From Candidatus Poribacteria bacterium (lineage in GTDB: Bacteria > Poribacteria > WGA-4E > WGA-3G): 64,000 bases of DNA. A program made the position numbers and the translations under genes. Shown here in pieces: positions 30,640-40,800 of the stretch. The stretch is taken from positions 2,944,001 through 3,008,000 of the forward strand of contig OZ251518.1 in NCBI GenBank assembly GCA_965242965.1. Reading direction: 5' to 3'. The notes beneath the pieces are model-generated. The model had not been told where the DNA came from. It did not search any database and was given only the letters and a program-made list of their open reading frames with translations. Positions within the stretch are counted from its first letter, which is position 1. The number at the start of each line of letters is the position of its first letter.

Positions 30640-31053
30640 TCAGACCGCTGCCGTTTCCGTTGTCAACTTATCGGCAAATTCCAGCAGTTGCGCTTCCATC
30701 GCGCGCGATGCCTGTTCAAGGCGTTCCGCGTCAACTTGGACTGCCTGCACCCGTTCGTCTTGATGCGTCTGGAGACAGAAGCCGAGGTTATTGCGAAGAT
30801 CGAACAGGCTCTGCTGGATGTGTTCGTGGAACGAACCTTCAGGATACATCCACCGTCTGCCGCGCGTCTGCCGCAGATTGAAGTGGCAGTGTCCGTTATC
30901 GCCGCCGAAGCAGTCGAAGCGCATAATTTCGTCGTCATGCACATATAGCGATGCCGCGGGCCCGCGGCCGCCAGCATCGTCTCGCCAATATGCTTCAAGC
31001 CGCACGTTAGCCTGGATGGGGTATTCAACCAGGTCATGTTTGACGTTCGCCAT
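30640..31053 (-). CDS. Hypothetical protein
   Basis: 137-aa ORF, AAGGAGG RBS, consensus promoter upstream. Confidence 0.8.
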   Translation of the reverse strand: MANVKHDLVEYPIQANVRLEAYWRDDAGGRGPAASLYVHDDEIMRFDCFGGDNGHCHFNLRQTRGRRWMYPEGSFHEHIQQSLFDLRNNLGFCLQTHQDERVQAVQVDAERLEQASRAMEAQLLEFADKLTTETAAV

Positions 31054-31097
31054 TTTGTTGTTCCTCCTTTAGTTCTGGGTTCAGGTAAAAAATTGCC

Positions 31098-31153
31098 TTG
31101 ACATTTTAACTCAATTTGCGGTAAATTATATCAGAATTAGAAATTGGTGTCAA
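31098..31153. promoter_or_regulatory. Overlapping divergent sigma70 promoters
   Basis: Minus strand: TTGACA(31153-31148)-17-TATAAT(31130-31125), perfect. Plus strand: TTGACA(31098)-18-TAAATT. Confidence 0.7.
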
Positions 31154-31212
31154 TAGCGAAAAAATATCTTTCAGGGAGGGCTTTATGCCCACATTCTATA
31201 AAGGCGCGGGCA

Positions 31213-31638
31213 TGGCGAGGGACAGGCCCTCGCCCTACGGTGTTTGGAGGTGCTCTTCCTTACCGGTGCATGGCGGGGGACAGGCCCCGCCCTACGGTGC
31301 GTGGGAGCCGCTCCTCCTTATCGTAGTGCGAGGGCCTGTCCCTCGCGATCTCGCGATCAAACGAACACGGCGGGGGACAGGCCGGTGCTTGGAGGTGCTC
31401 TTCCTTACCGGTGCATGGCGGGGGACAGGCCCCGCCCTACGGTGCGTGGGAGCCGCTCGTCCTTATCGTAGTGCGAGGGCCTGTCCCTCGCGATCCTCCG
31501 ATCAAACGAACTCGGCGAGGGACAGGCCCCCGCCCTACGGTGTTTGGAGTTGCTCGTCCTTATCGTAGTGCGAGGGCCTGTCCCTCGCGATCGTCCGATC
31601 AAACAAACCCGGCGAGGGACAGGCCCTCGCCCTACGGT
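31213..31638. repeat. Tandemly amplified REP doublets
   Basis: Repeated GGCG.GGGACAGGCCC..GCCCTACGGTG...TATCGTAGTGCGAGGGCCTGTCCCTCGCGATC units. Confidence 0.9.
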
Positions 31639-31648
31639 AGAATTAACG

Positions 31649-32563
31649 ATGAGCCGATTTGAAATGCGTTTCGTTGATCTGAAAGAGGTTAACGAGAGGA
31701 ATTCCATAGCGTTCCTTCGGATGGAATTTCTTGACATCCGGAGATACGGACCGACTTTTGGCGGGCGCGTCCGGTATGCCCGTGATGGCGTTGAGCAAAA
31801 AAGCGGGTTCCCCATGGATCTGGGCAAAGGCATCTTCATCGCGACGCTTGAAGATGATGAACTCGACGGCATCTCTCGGAACGAATTAGAGGAAAGTTTG
31901 CGGGAAGCGGCAGCAGAGATTATAGAGATTATCCGGCGAAACAACACGCCGAGTGCGCTGCATCGATTCCTCGCATTTGATGACGATTTTGAATACGATG
32001 AAGGCGGCTCGGAACCGCCCAATCTCTTAAGATGTCGTGTGCTGGAATCGCCCGGTCCGCAGGATGCACAGCCTCTCTTTGATATAAGCCGCGAGTTCAG
32101 CAACCTGACCGGGGTACCCTATCGCGTAGAATCCTACGGCGCAATTTACCCGAACGGAGACAAAACTGAAACGGCATGGCGCGAATTCGCTTTACAACGC
32201 TGCAACGGCACATCCGCCGCACTGCCGCCAAAGGCGTTGGCAGAAGCCTCCCAGAAAGCCGTCGCAACGCTCATCCATCGCCGAAGTGAAACGCCGCCGC
32301 TACTCCAGACGATTTTGAAGGACTACGCGCATCTCGCCTATGATGAACGCCACTCGCAGGCACCGAACTTTCTGAAGTGTCGTGTCACGGAGCCGGAACA
32401 CCCTCGGCATGAAAGCGAGTTGTTTGAGATAGCCGATGCCTTAAGTGCCGAGACCGGGAAGGCGTATCGCGTTGCCTCTTACGGCGGCAGGTATTACGAA
32501 AATAAGGGGTTTGATGAGGCGTGGACGCACTTCGCGTTGCGGGTCGTCAATTTTGGCACGTGA
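31649..32563 (+). CDS. Hypothetical protein with an internal duplicated domain of about 100 aa
   Basis: YDE...PN.L.CRV.E...LF.I...S..TG..YRV.SYG..Y.......AW..FAL occurs twice. Confidence 0.75.
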   Translation: MSRFEMRFVDLKEVNERNSIAFLRMEFLDIRRYGPTFGGRVRYARDGVEQKSGFPMDLGKGIFIATLEDDELDGISRNELEESLREAAAEIIEIIRRNNTPSALHRFLAFDDDFEYDEGGSEPPNLLRCRVLESPGPQDAQPLFDISREFSNLTGVPYRVESYGAIYPNGDKTETAWREFALQRCNGTSAALPPKALAEASQKAVATLIHRRSETPPLLQTILKDYAHLAYDERHSQAPNFLKCRVTEPEHPRHESELFEIADALSAETGKAYRVASYGGRYYENKGFDEAWTHFALRVVNFGT

Positions 32564-32659
32564 GGATATTGCTGTCCAAAACGCGACTTGTATTTTAACC
32601 GGATTTGTGATACAGTAAAAACGTTCCTGAATCCGTATCTGGAGCCGTTCCTCCTTATC

Positions 32660-33198
32660 GTAGCGCGAGGGCCTGTCCCTCGCGATCCTCCGATCAACGA
32701 ACACCTCTGTAGTTCGGGAGCACCTGCTCCCGAACGGGTCAGGATCAGGCGATCCTGACCTACAGGGGTGACGAGGGCTGCGAGCCAAACAAACACGGCG
32801 AGGGACAGGCCCCCGCCCTACGATGTTTGGAGTTGCGCCTCATGAACCGTAGCGCGAGGGCCTGTCCCTCGCGCTCTCCCGATCAAACGAACACCTCTGT
32901 AGTTCGGGAGCACCCGCTCCCGAACGGGTCAGGAGCAGGTGCTCCTGACCTACAGGAGTGAGGCGGTCTGCCAACAAACGCACACGGCGGGGGACAGGCC
33001 CCCGCCCTACGATGTTTGGAGTTGCGCCTCATTAACCGTAGTGCGAGGGCCTGTCCCTCGCGATCGTCCGATTAAGCGAACACCTCTGTAGTTCGGGAGC
33101 GCCCGCTCCCGAACGGGTCAGGATCAGGCGATCCTGACCTACAGGGTTGATGAGGTCTGCCAGCAAAGCACACGGCGAGGGACAGGCCCTCGCCCCAC
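32660..33198. repeat. Three tandem REP cassettes of about 190 bp
   Basis: GTAG(C/T)GCGAGGGCCTGTCCC..CTGTAGTTCGGGAGC..GGTCAGGA..CTAC..CACGGCG.GGGACAGG occurs three times. Confidence 0.9.
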
Positions 33199-33226
33199 AG
33201 AAACCATGGCGAAAAGGAGAATGTGC

Positions 33227-34240
33227 ATGGAAACCACCTACAAAGCAGGTATCATCGGATGCGGCGGACGCGGACGCTCACACGCTCGCGGATATGAGGC
33301 ATCCCCAGAGGTTGACATCGTCGCATGTTCTGACCCGGTTGAAGCCGCACGCAACGCCTTCGCCGAGCAGTTTAACGTGCCAAATACTTACGAAAACTAT
33401 CAGGAAATGCTAGCCAACGAATCGCTCGATTTCGTCAGCGTCTGCACATGGATTGCCCTTCATAAAGACATGGTTATCGCCGCAGCCAACAGCGGCATCA
33501 AGGCAATCCACTGCGAGAAACCGATGGCACCCACCTGGGGCGATGCAAAAGCACTCTATCAGGCGTGCGTTGATAACGATGTCGTCATCACGTTCTGCCA
33601 TCAACGCCGGTTCGGTGCGCAGTTTATCAAAGCGAAACGCCTCGCAAATGAAGGCGCGATCGGCGAATTGCGGCGGCTCGAAGCAGCCTGCCCGAATTTG
33701 CTTGACTGGGGAACGCATTGGTTCGATATGTTCTTTTTTTACAATAATGACGAACCTATTGACTGGGTTATCGGTCAAATAGATGTAGCCGAAGAAAAAA
33801 CCGTTTTCGGGACGCAGGTAGAGACGAGCGGCATCTCGTGGCTCCGCTGGAAAAACGGCGTAGAGGGGTTGCTGGCTACTGGCGGCACCGGCTTATCAGG
33901 CTTCGCGAATCGGCTCATCGGCACGAAGGGTATCATTGATGTCGGCGGCGGTGGCACGCCTATCCGCATACTCCGCGAAGGTGCCGGGTGGGAACAGCCC
34001 GATATCAGCGGGTTAACCCCCGAACGCGATGCGACGACGCTCTCTGTCCTCGATCTTGTCCACTGTATCAAGACTGGACGTGAGCCGGAGTTAAGCGGCC
34101 GCAAAGCACTGCAAGCGACAGAGCTTATTTTCGCGACTTATGAGTCAAGCCGCCGCCGCGCGAAGATTCATCTGCCGCTGACTACGAACGATTCGGCGTT
34201 ATTGACGATGGTGGCGAATGGGGAGATTGGCGGTGCGTAA
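33227..34240 (+). CDS. Gfo/Idh/MocA family oxidoreductase
   Basis: GIIGCGGRG, CEKPM, GTHWFD. Confidence 0.9.
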   Translation: METTYKAGIIGCGGRGRSHARGYEASPEVDIVACSDPVEAARNAFAEQFNVPNTYENYQEMLANESLDFVSVCTWIALHKDMVIAAANSGIKAIHCEKPMAPTWGDAKALYQACVDNDVVITFCHQRRFGAQFIKAKRLANEGAIGELRRLEAACPNLLDWGTHWFDMFFFYNNDEPIDWVIGQIDVAEEKTVFGTQVETSGISWLRWKNGVEGLLATGGTGLSGFANRLIGTKGIIDVGGGGTPIRILREGAGWEQPDISGLTPERDATTLSVLDLVHCIKTGREPELSGRKALQATELIFATYESSRRRAKIHLPLTTNDSALLTMVANGEIGGA

Positions 34241-34244
34241 AATC

Positions 34245-34775
34245 GTAGCGCGAGGGCCTGTCCCTCGCGAGGTTTTGATGGACCGAGGCGTGGCGGGGGA
34301 CAGGCCCCCGCCCTACGGTGTTTGGAGGCGTTCCGTTTTACCGTAGCGCGAGGGCCTGTCCCTCGCGATCTCCCGATTAAACGAACACCTCTGTAGTTCG
34401 GGAGCACCTGCTCCCGAACAGGTCAGGATCAGGCGATCCTGACCTACAGAGGTGATGAGGGTCGACAGTATCCAAACGCATGGCGGGGGACAGCCCCCCG
34501 CCCTACGGTGTTTGGAGGGGATCCTCGCGATCTCTCGACCGAGGCGAAAACGAAACACGCGCTATGGATACTTTTTTTCAACCTTTTTAACAGTTCTGCG
34601 TCTAATAATTTAAACTGCGAATTCAGGGGGCGAAATTCGTCCCATCTTTCAAACCCGTTCTCATAACCGTAGCGCGGGGGCCCTCGGATGCCATCCGCGC
34701 ATCCGAGCGGGTTTCCCCCGCGAGCACCAAGAGACCTATTGTCATAACCGTAGCGCGAGGGCCTGTCCCTCGCAG
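34245..34775. repeat. REP-like cluster
   Basis: Same cassette as 32660-33198 plus the CCCTCGGATGCCA..GCATCCGAGCGGG module. Confidence 0.85.
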
Positions 34776-34821
34776 TGCCAGGGGATAACTCGGTTCCCCA
34801 TGTTTTAACGAACAAAATGCC

Positions 34822-37800
34822 ATGGAGAAACCAGTGCCAAAAAACAACACTAATACATCCGTGAAAAACTACCACGTGTTATTAACAGCCCTAATTCAGG
34901 GTGTCATCTGTCTAACCCTCTTTATCATGCTTGCTGTTCCTGTAGAAGCACATGAGGGAAAAACTCAACCGCATGACGCTTTTGGAGAAGCCTGGGATGT
35001 TCGGTCCTCCATCAGTGTTGATGCACACCAATTTTCGCCCAACAACGACGGTGTCCAAGATACCATCAACGTTTCCTATAGCATCTCCGAAAATGTCCAA
35101 ACAACGGAGCTCGTGTTCCTCCAAAACGGAGCCGAGTTTCAAGTTCCCAATTCTAACCTCCGAACTAGCAGCGGGAGTTATATCTACCGTTGGGATGGGG
35201 AAGATGGCAGCGGGCGAGAATTACCCGACGGTTCCTATACGTTGCAACTTCGTTTCACCATTGTCCACACGCCTGTGGAGATACGGGGGAATAATGTTCG
35301 CCATCCCTTAGGGCCAGAACATTCAGACAAGTATCTGGTGGGAGCAACTGCTCCAATCATCATCGATCGCGAGCCCCCCATCATTGCGCGCGTGCAAGCA
35401 AACGGAAACGTCACTCTCGTCGATGGCGGCTATATCGCCGGATCCCTTACCGCCATCACCGTGACAGCGGACAAAGGCTCTGGGACAGATATTGATTTCA
35501 CTGCGCATGAGACAGCCATCAGTCTCACCGCCGAAGATGGCACAGTGTTGAGCGGCGCGACGACACTTCAAGGGACAACCCTCACCTTGACCTTGGGAAA
35601 TCCGCTTGACACGCGCGGCGAAAACGGCACCTATACTCTGGCCTATACCATCGTTGATAAAGCCGGCAACGCCGCCGAAGGCACAACCACGTTTACCTAC
35701 GATACCGTCGCTCCCACGTTAGTCAGCGTAGCCACCAGCAACGGGGACATTCCGCCGAGCCGAGGCGTAAAAGGGGAGGTGACATTCGTTGAGGCAACGT
35801 TCGAGGATAACCTTGAGGACGGCTTCAGCCGCGGTTCTTCAACTATCCGTTTAAACGCGCCCGATGAGCTGCCGGTTTTGGGACGGCAGCTTTCTCCCGA
35901 AGAAGACAAAATCCGCTTGGAGTTCCTCACGGCGTTAGTTTCACCAGATGGCGAACGAGATGGCACCTACACGATAGTTATCGATGCTGTCGATAGGGCA
36001 GGGAACCGGACGGAGACGCAGGTTCCCTTCATTTATGATAATCGTGCGCCGCAGCTCGTCACCTTAAGCGCAAGTGAAGACGGAGAGGCGTTTAGCGGCA
36101 TCCAGAAGAGGCTTTACCACTCGGCACCCCTATACCAAATCGTTGCAACGTTTGACGATGGCGATACTGGCACTGGGGTAGATGTGGAAAAGGGGGCAGC
36201 AACTATCACTTTTCATCCGGTCGGCGGAACCCCTCCTTCCAAACCCAATATAATTCGAGACCGGGATAACAACCGCGTCGCGCTCTTGTTAGACACGCCG
36301 CTTGTCAGCAGAGATGGCAGCCAAGATGGGATATACACGCTGGAGGTCACGGTTGCAGATAGACTCGGTAACACAGAGACTGAAGATTTCCAACTGATTT
36401 ACGATACACAGATTCCGACGCTTGTCTCCACGGTGCCTGCGGCAAACGAGACGGTGTCGTCTCTCACGCAGGTGCAGGTGAATCTCAAGGAAAGCACGAG
36501 TGGGATTGACTTCGTCCAGAGCACTTTCCGGCTCATTCACAATGATGCCGAGGTGCCGGTAAACATCACGAGCAACGGCACGGAGACAGCGACGCTGACA
36601 GTCCTCGCTCCCTTCGCCGTAGATGGTTCAGATGATGGGCTTTACGTCATAGAGGTTACGCCGGTCGATCGTGCTGGAAACCAAGGCGCGGCGGCGCGCC
36701 GAGAGTTCTTTCTGGTGAGTCAAAGGGCACCCAAAATCCGCTTGCTCCGTCCGGAAACGTCAACGGTAAACAGTCTAACCTCGGATGCCGAGGGACTCGT
36801 CGCCGTAGAGCTCGTTGACTACATCGGTGTCGGCATAGACTTCGATGCCTCGACGCTCGTCGTTAAATCCCCCGATGGTGCCTCTATTCCGAGGAACATC
36901 GCTCCCGCACCGGCTGATGAAGAAAACCGCCGTCTGACCTGGCGCACAGAAACCGTTCTTCCTGACGATGGCTCAGCGGATGGAGAATACACCATCACCG
37001 CCACGTTTGTGGATTTTAACGGGCAGCGGTGGACAGAGGATTTCACGTTCAACGTGGATACCCAGTTTCCGCGCATTACCACCGTGCAAGCGTTGACAGA
37101 AACGCCGATGGACATGGGGGCAGAACGCATTCCTGTCATCACAGAGGCGTTCTCCCGCATCGCGGTAGGGTTTGAAGAAGACGATATTGACATCGGAAAC
37201 ACGGCTGTGGTGCTCACGGGCCCAGGCGAAACGGACATCGCTATCAACCTCAATGTTAACGTAGCGCGAGGCACGGGCACTCGCAGTAGCACGGTAAACC
37301 TTAACTTTTCAAAGTTGCTTGCATCGGGAGATTACACCCTCTCCATTACGCCGCAAGACTATGTCGGGAACGTCAGTGCGCGTCCGTTTATCTACCGGTT
37401 CCGTTTAGATGTTGACACGGAGTTGCCTGCGATTACGAGCGTTGTTGCGTTGACAACGCCGCCTACGGGGATAGGGGCAGAACGCATTCCTGTCATAGAG
37501 AAGGGGTTCTCGCGCATCACGGTGACGTTTGAGGAAACCGCAGGGGATGCCCCGACACCGCTTGACATTGACATCGGCAATACCGCTGTATCTTTGACAG
37601 GGCCAGATGACGCGGACATCGCGATTAATGTGACGCATGATGGCAACAACAGTTTGACGCTCAATTTTTCACGGTTAACAGCGTCGGGGAACTACAGTCT
37701 TTCGGTTACACCGCAAGACTACGCTGGCAATGTCAGTCCGCGCCCGTTTGTCTACCCATTTCGGCTCGATCTCGCGCTGCCGAAAGTGAGTGCTGTTGAA

Positions 37801-40800
37801 ATCGGTGGCAAAATCGGGACTGTCGTTTATGTCAACGGTGAAGCGACGCGTATCGTCGCTACCTTGGCAGACCCGACGGGGACAGGTTTGGCGTTTGGTA
37901 ACGAAGGTTCAAGAATCAGTATCACCAATGCCGATGGCACGGAGATACCGGGCGTTACAACCGTTCAGGGAACAAACCAGCTCGTCTGGCAGGCAATTGG
38001 ACAGCCGACAGATGGCACCGCCGATGGACGCTACACCGTCACTGTCACCCCGATAGATAAAGCCGGGCGGCAAGGCGAAGTGGCGCGGCGGCAGTTTATT
38101 TATGATACGCAACCGCCACAGATAACAGAGGCATCGCCGCTGGTATTGACGCAACCTGTTACCTTTGTCCGTGCAGGCTTTGCAAGCGATACCCAACTCC
38201 AATTCACTGTGGCAGATGTTGGACCCGCGGGCGTGAAGATGGCGGAACAAACCGCGCAACTCCTCGGTGCCGATGGAACGGTGCTCAGCACGGTTGTGAC
38301 TCGGAATCAGACGGATCTGATGTTCTTAACGCTCACGGAACCCTTGGCGAGAGATGGCAGCGCGGACGGTAGTTATGTTGTCAGCGTGTCGTTGGTGGAT
38401 AGAGCGGGCAACGAGACAAAAGCGGATTACGCCGTGGCTTATGATACATTGGTGCCGCAAGTCACCGGTGTGACGTTAAACACAACGGAACCGACACCGC
38501 TCGTCGCCACGCAGCCGACGGTGATAACGGAGCTCGGTTTCAGTGCGCTTGACATTGCGTTTGAAGAAACAACCACCCGCGTGGATTTTGCCAACACGAC
38601 GATAACGTTGACGGGCCCGGACGATGCAGCCATTCCGTTGACACTGATTCCGCAAGGGAAGGCGCAGGTGACAGCGGCGTTCGTTGCGCCGCAGGCACTC
38701 GGCGTGTATACGCTCAGCATTACCCCGCAGGACATTGCCGGGAATGTGGCGCGCGGCGCGGTGACTTACCGGTTCCGCCTTGATGTCAACGTGCCGAGTG
38801 TGAGTTCGGTTGTGATTGATGGTAAAGTCGGCGGCACCGTGTATGTCAACGGCGCAGCCACGGGCATCGTCGCCACGCTAGCTGACCTGAGTGGTGCAGG
38901 CATCGCCCTCGGTGAAGGCGGTTCTACCATCACCGTTGCAAATGCCACTGGCATACCTGTCCCCGGCACGACAACCGATGATGGTGTTGACACCTTGACA
39001 TGGGTGCCCGGCGTATTGCCCTTGGATGGCACGGCGGATGGCCGTTATACGGTGACGATAACGCCGCGCGATAAAGCGGGACGGCAAGGCAATGCAGTCT
39101 ACCGCCAGTTTGTTTTTGATACCCAACCGCCGCGGGTGAACGAAGCGACACCCATAAACTTGAATCAACCGCGCACCTACCTCAATGCCAGTTTCGCGCA
39201 AAATCCGCAGGTGCAGTTCACCGTTGCAGATGTCGGTCCGGCGGCGTTAGACTTAGCGGCGCAGCGGGTTCACTTCCGCACGGCTGATGGAAACGAGGTG
39301 CCCGCGGCGATGAAGTATAACGAAACAGGCAATGAGACAGGCAATGAGACAGGCCAGGTGTTCCTCACGTTGACGGAACCGTTGCCGATAGATGGCAGTG
39401 CCGATGGCGATTATACCGTCATGCTCACACTAGTGGACAGAGCGGGCAACGAGACAAAAGCCGATTACGTTGTCGTTTACGACACCCAGGTCCCACAAGT
39501 CACCGATGTGACGTTAAACACGGCGGAGCCGACACCGCTCGTCGCCACACAGCCGACGGTGATAACGGAGCTCGGTTTCAGTCAACTTGACATTGCGTTT
39601 GAAGAAGCAACCACCCGCGTGGACTTTGCCAATACGACGGTGACATTGACATCCCCGGACGACGAGACGCTCTCTCTGACGCTCGTGCCTGAGGGTGAAG
39701 CGGCGTTAAGCGCGCAGTTCGTTGCGCCACAGGCACTGGGTATCTATACCTTGAGCATTACGCCACAGGATATCGCCGGCAATACTGCACGCGGCGCGGT
39801 GACTTATCGCTTCCGCTTGGATGTTGACTTGCCGAGAGTGAGTTCGGTTATGATTGATGGCAAAGCCGGTGGCATCGTGTATGTCAACGGCGAGGCGGCG
39901 AGCATCGTCGCCACGTTGGCAGACCCGAGTGGTGCAGGCGTTGCCCTCGGTGAAGGCGGTTCTACCATCACCGTTGCAAACGCCACTGGCACGCCTGTCC
40001 CCGGCACGACAACCGATGATGGTGTTGACACCTTGACATGGGCTCCGGGGGCATTGCCGCTGGATGGCACCGCTGACGGCCGTTATACGGTGACGATAAC
40101 GCCGCGCGATAAAGCGGGCCGGCAAGGCAATGCAGTCTATCGCCAGTTTGTTTTTGATACCCAACCGCCGGAGATAACGGCTGCATCCCCGATAGACTTG
40201 AGTCAACCTGTCACCTATCTGTCCGAATTTTCCCAGATAAGTGTCACCGTTGCAGATGTTGGGCCCGCCGAATTCTGGGTAGAAGAGCAGGTAATGACGC
40301 TCCTTGATACCGCGGGGAATGCGGTGGCAGCGAACCTGACGCATAACGAAGAAGACCGGATTTTCCTCACGTTGCCGCAACCGCTCGCGAAAGATGGCAG
40401 CGAAGATGGGGAATATACGGTGCAGGTAACCCTCGTTGACAAATCGGGGAATAAGTATGCGGCAGAACACAGCATCGTCTATGACACGCAGGCACCGCAA
40501 CTCGTCAGCACTGTGCCAGCCGATGGCGACATTCTCACCGATGACGTATCACAAGTGCAGGCGACTTTGGAAGACGCAGGCGGCAGTGGGATAGACTTCG
40601 CTGCAACGACGTTCACGTTGGTTGCACCCGATGGGACATCTATCACGGGTGCCCTCAGCAACGATGGCGAATCGGAGTTAACGCTGGATCTTAATCCGTT
40701 GGTGGAAGATGGACGTTATCGCATCCGTGTTGAAGCGCGAGATAGAGCCGGCAACGGCGATGAATTGCGGTTTGAGCGCAGTTTCCTACTCTCGCGCACG

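Noticed and set aside
31213-33198. Regularly spaced repeats as CRISPR or integron attC arrays
   Set aside because: The spacers are themselves duplicated and the repeats alternate in orientation; no attC cores or integrase.
38401-40170. Near-identical repeats as a DGR template/variable pair
   Set aside because: Both copies are in-frame domains, the differences do not look adenine-specific, and there is no reverse transcriptase.
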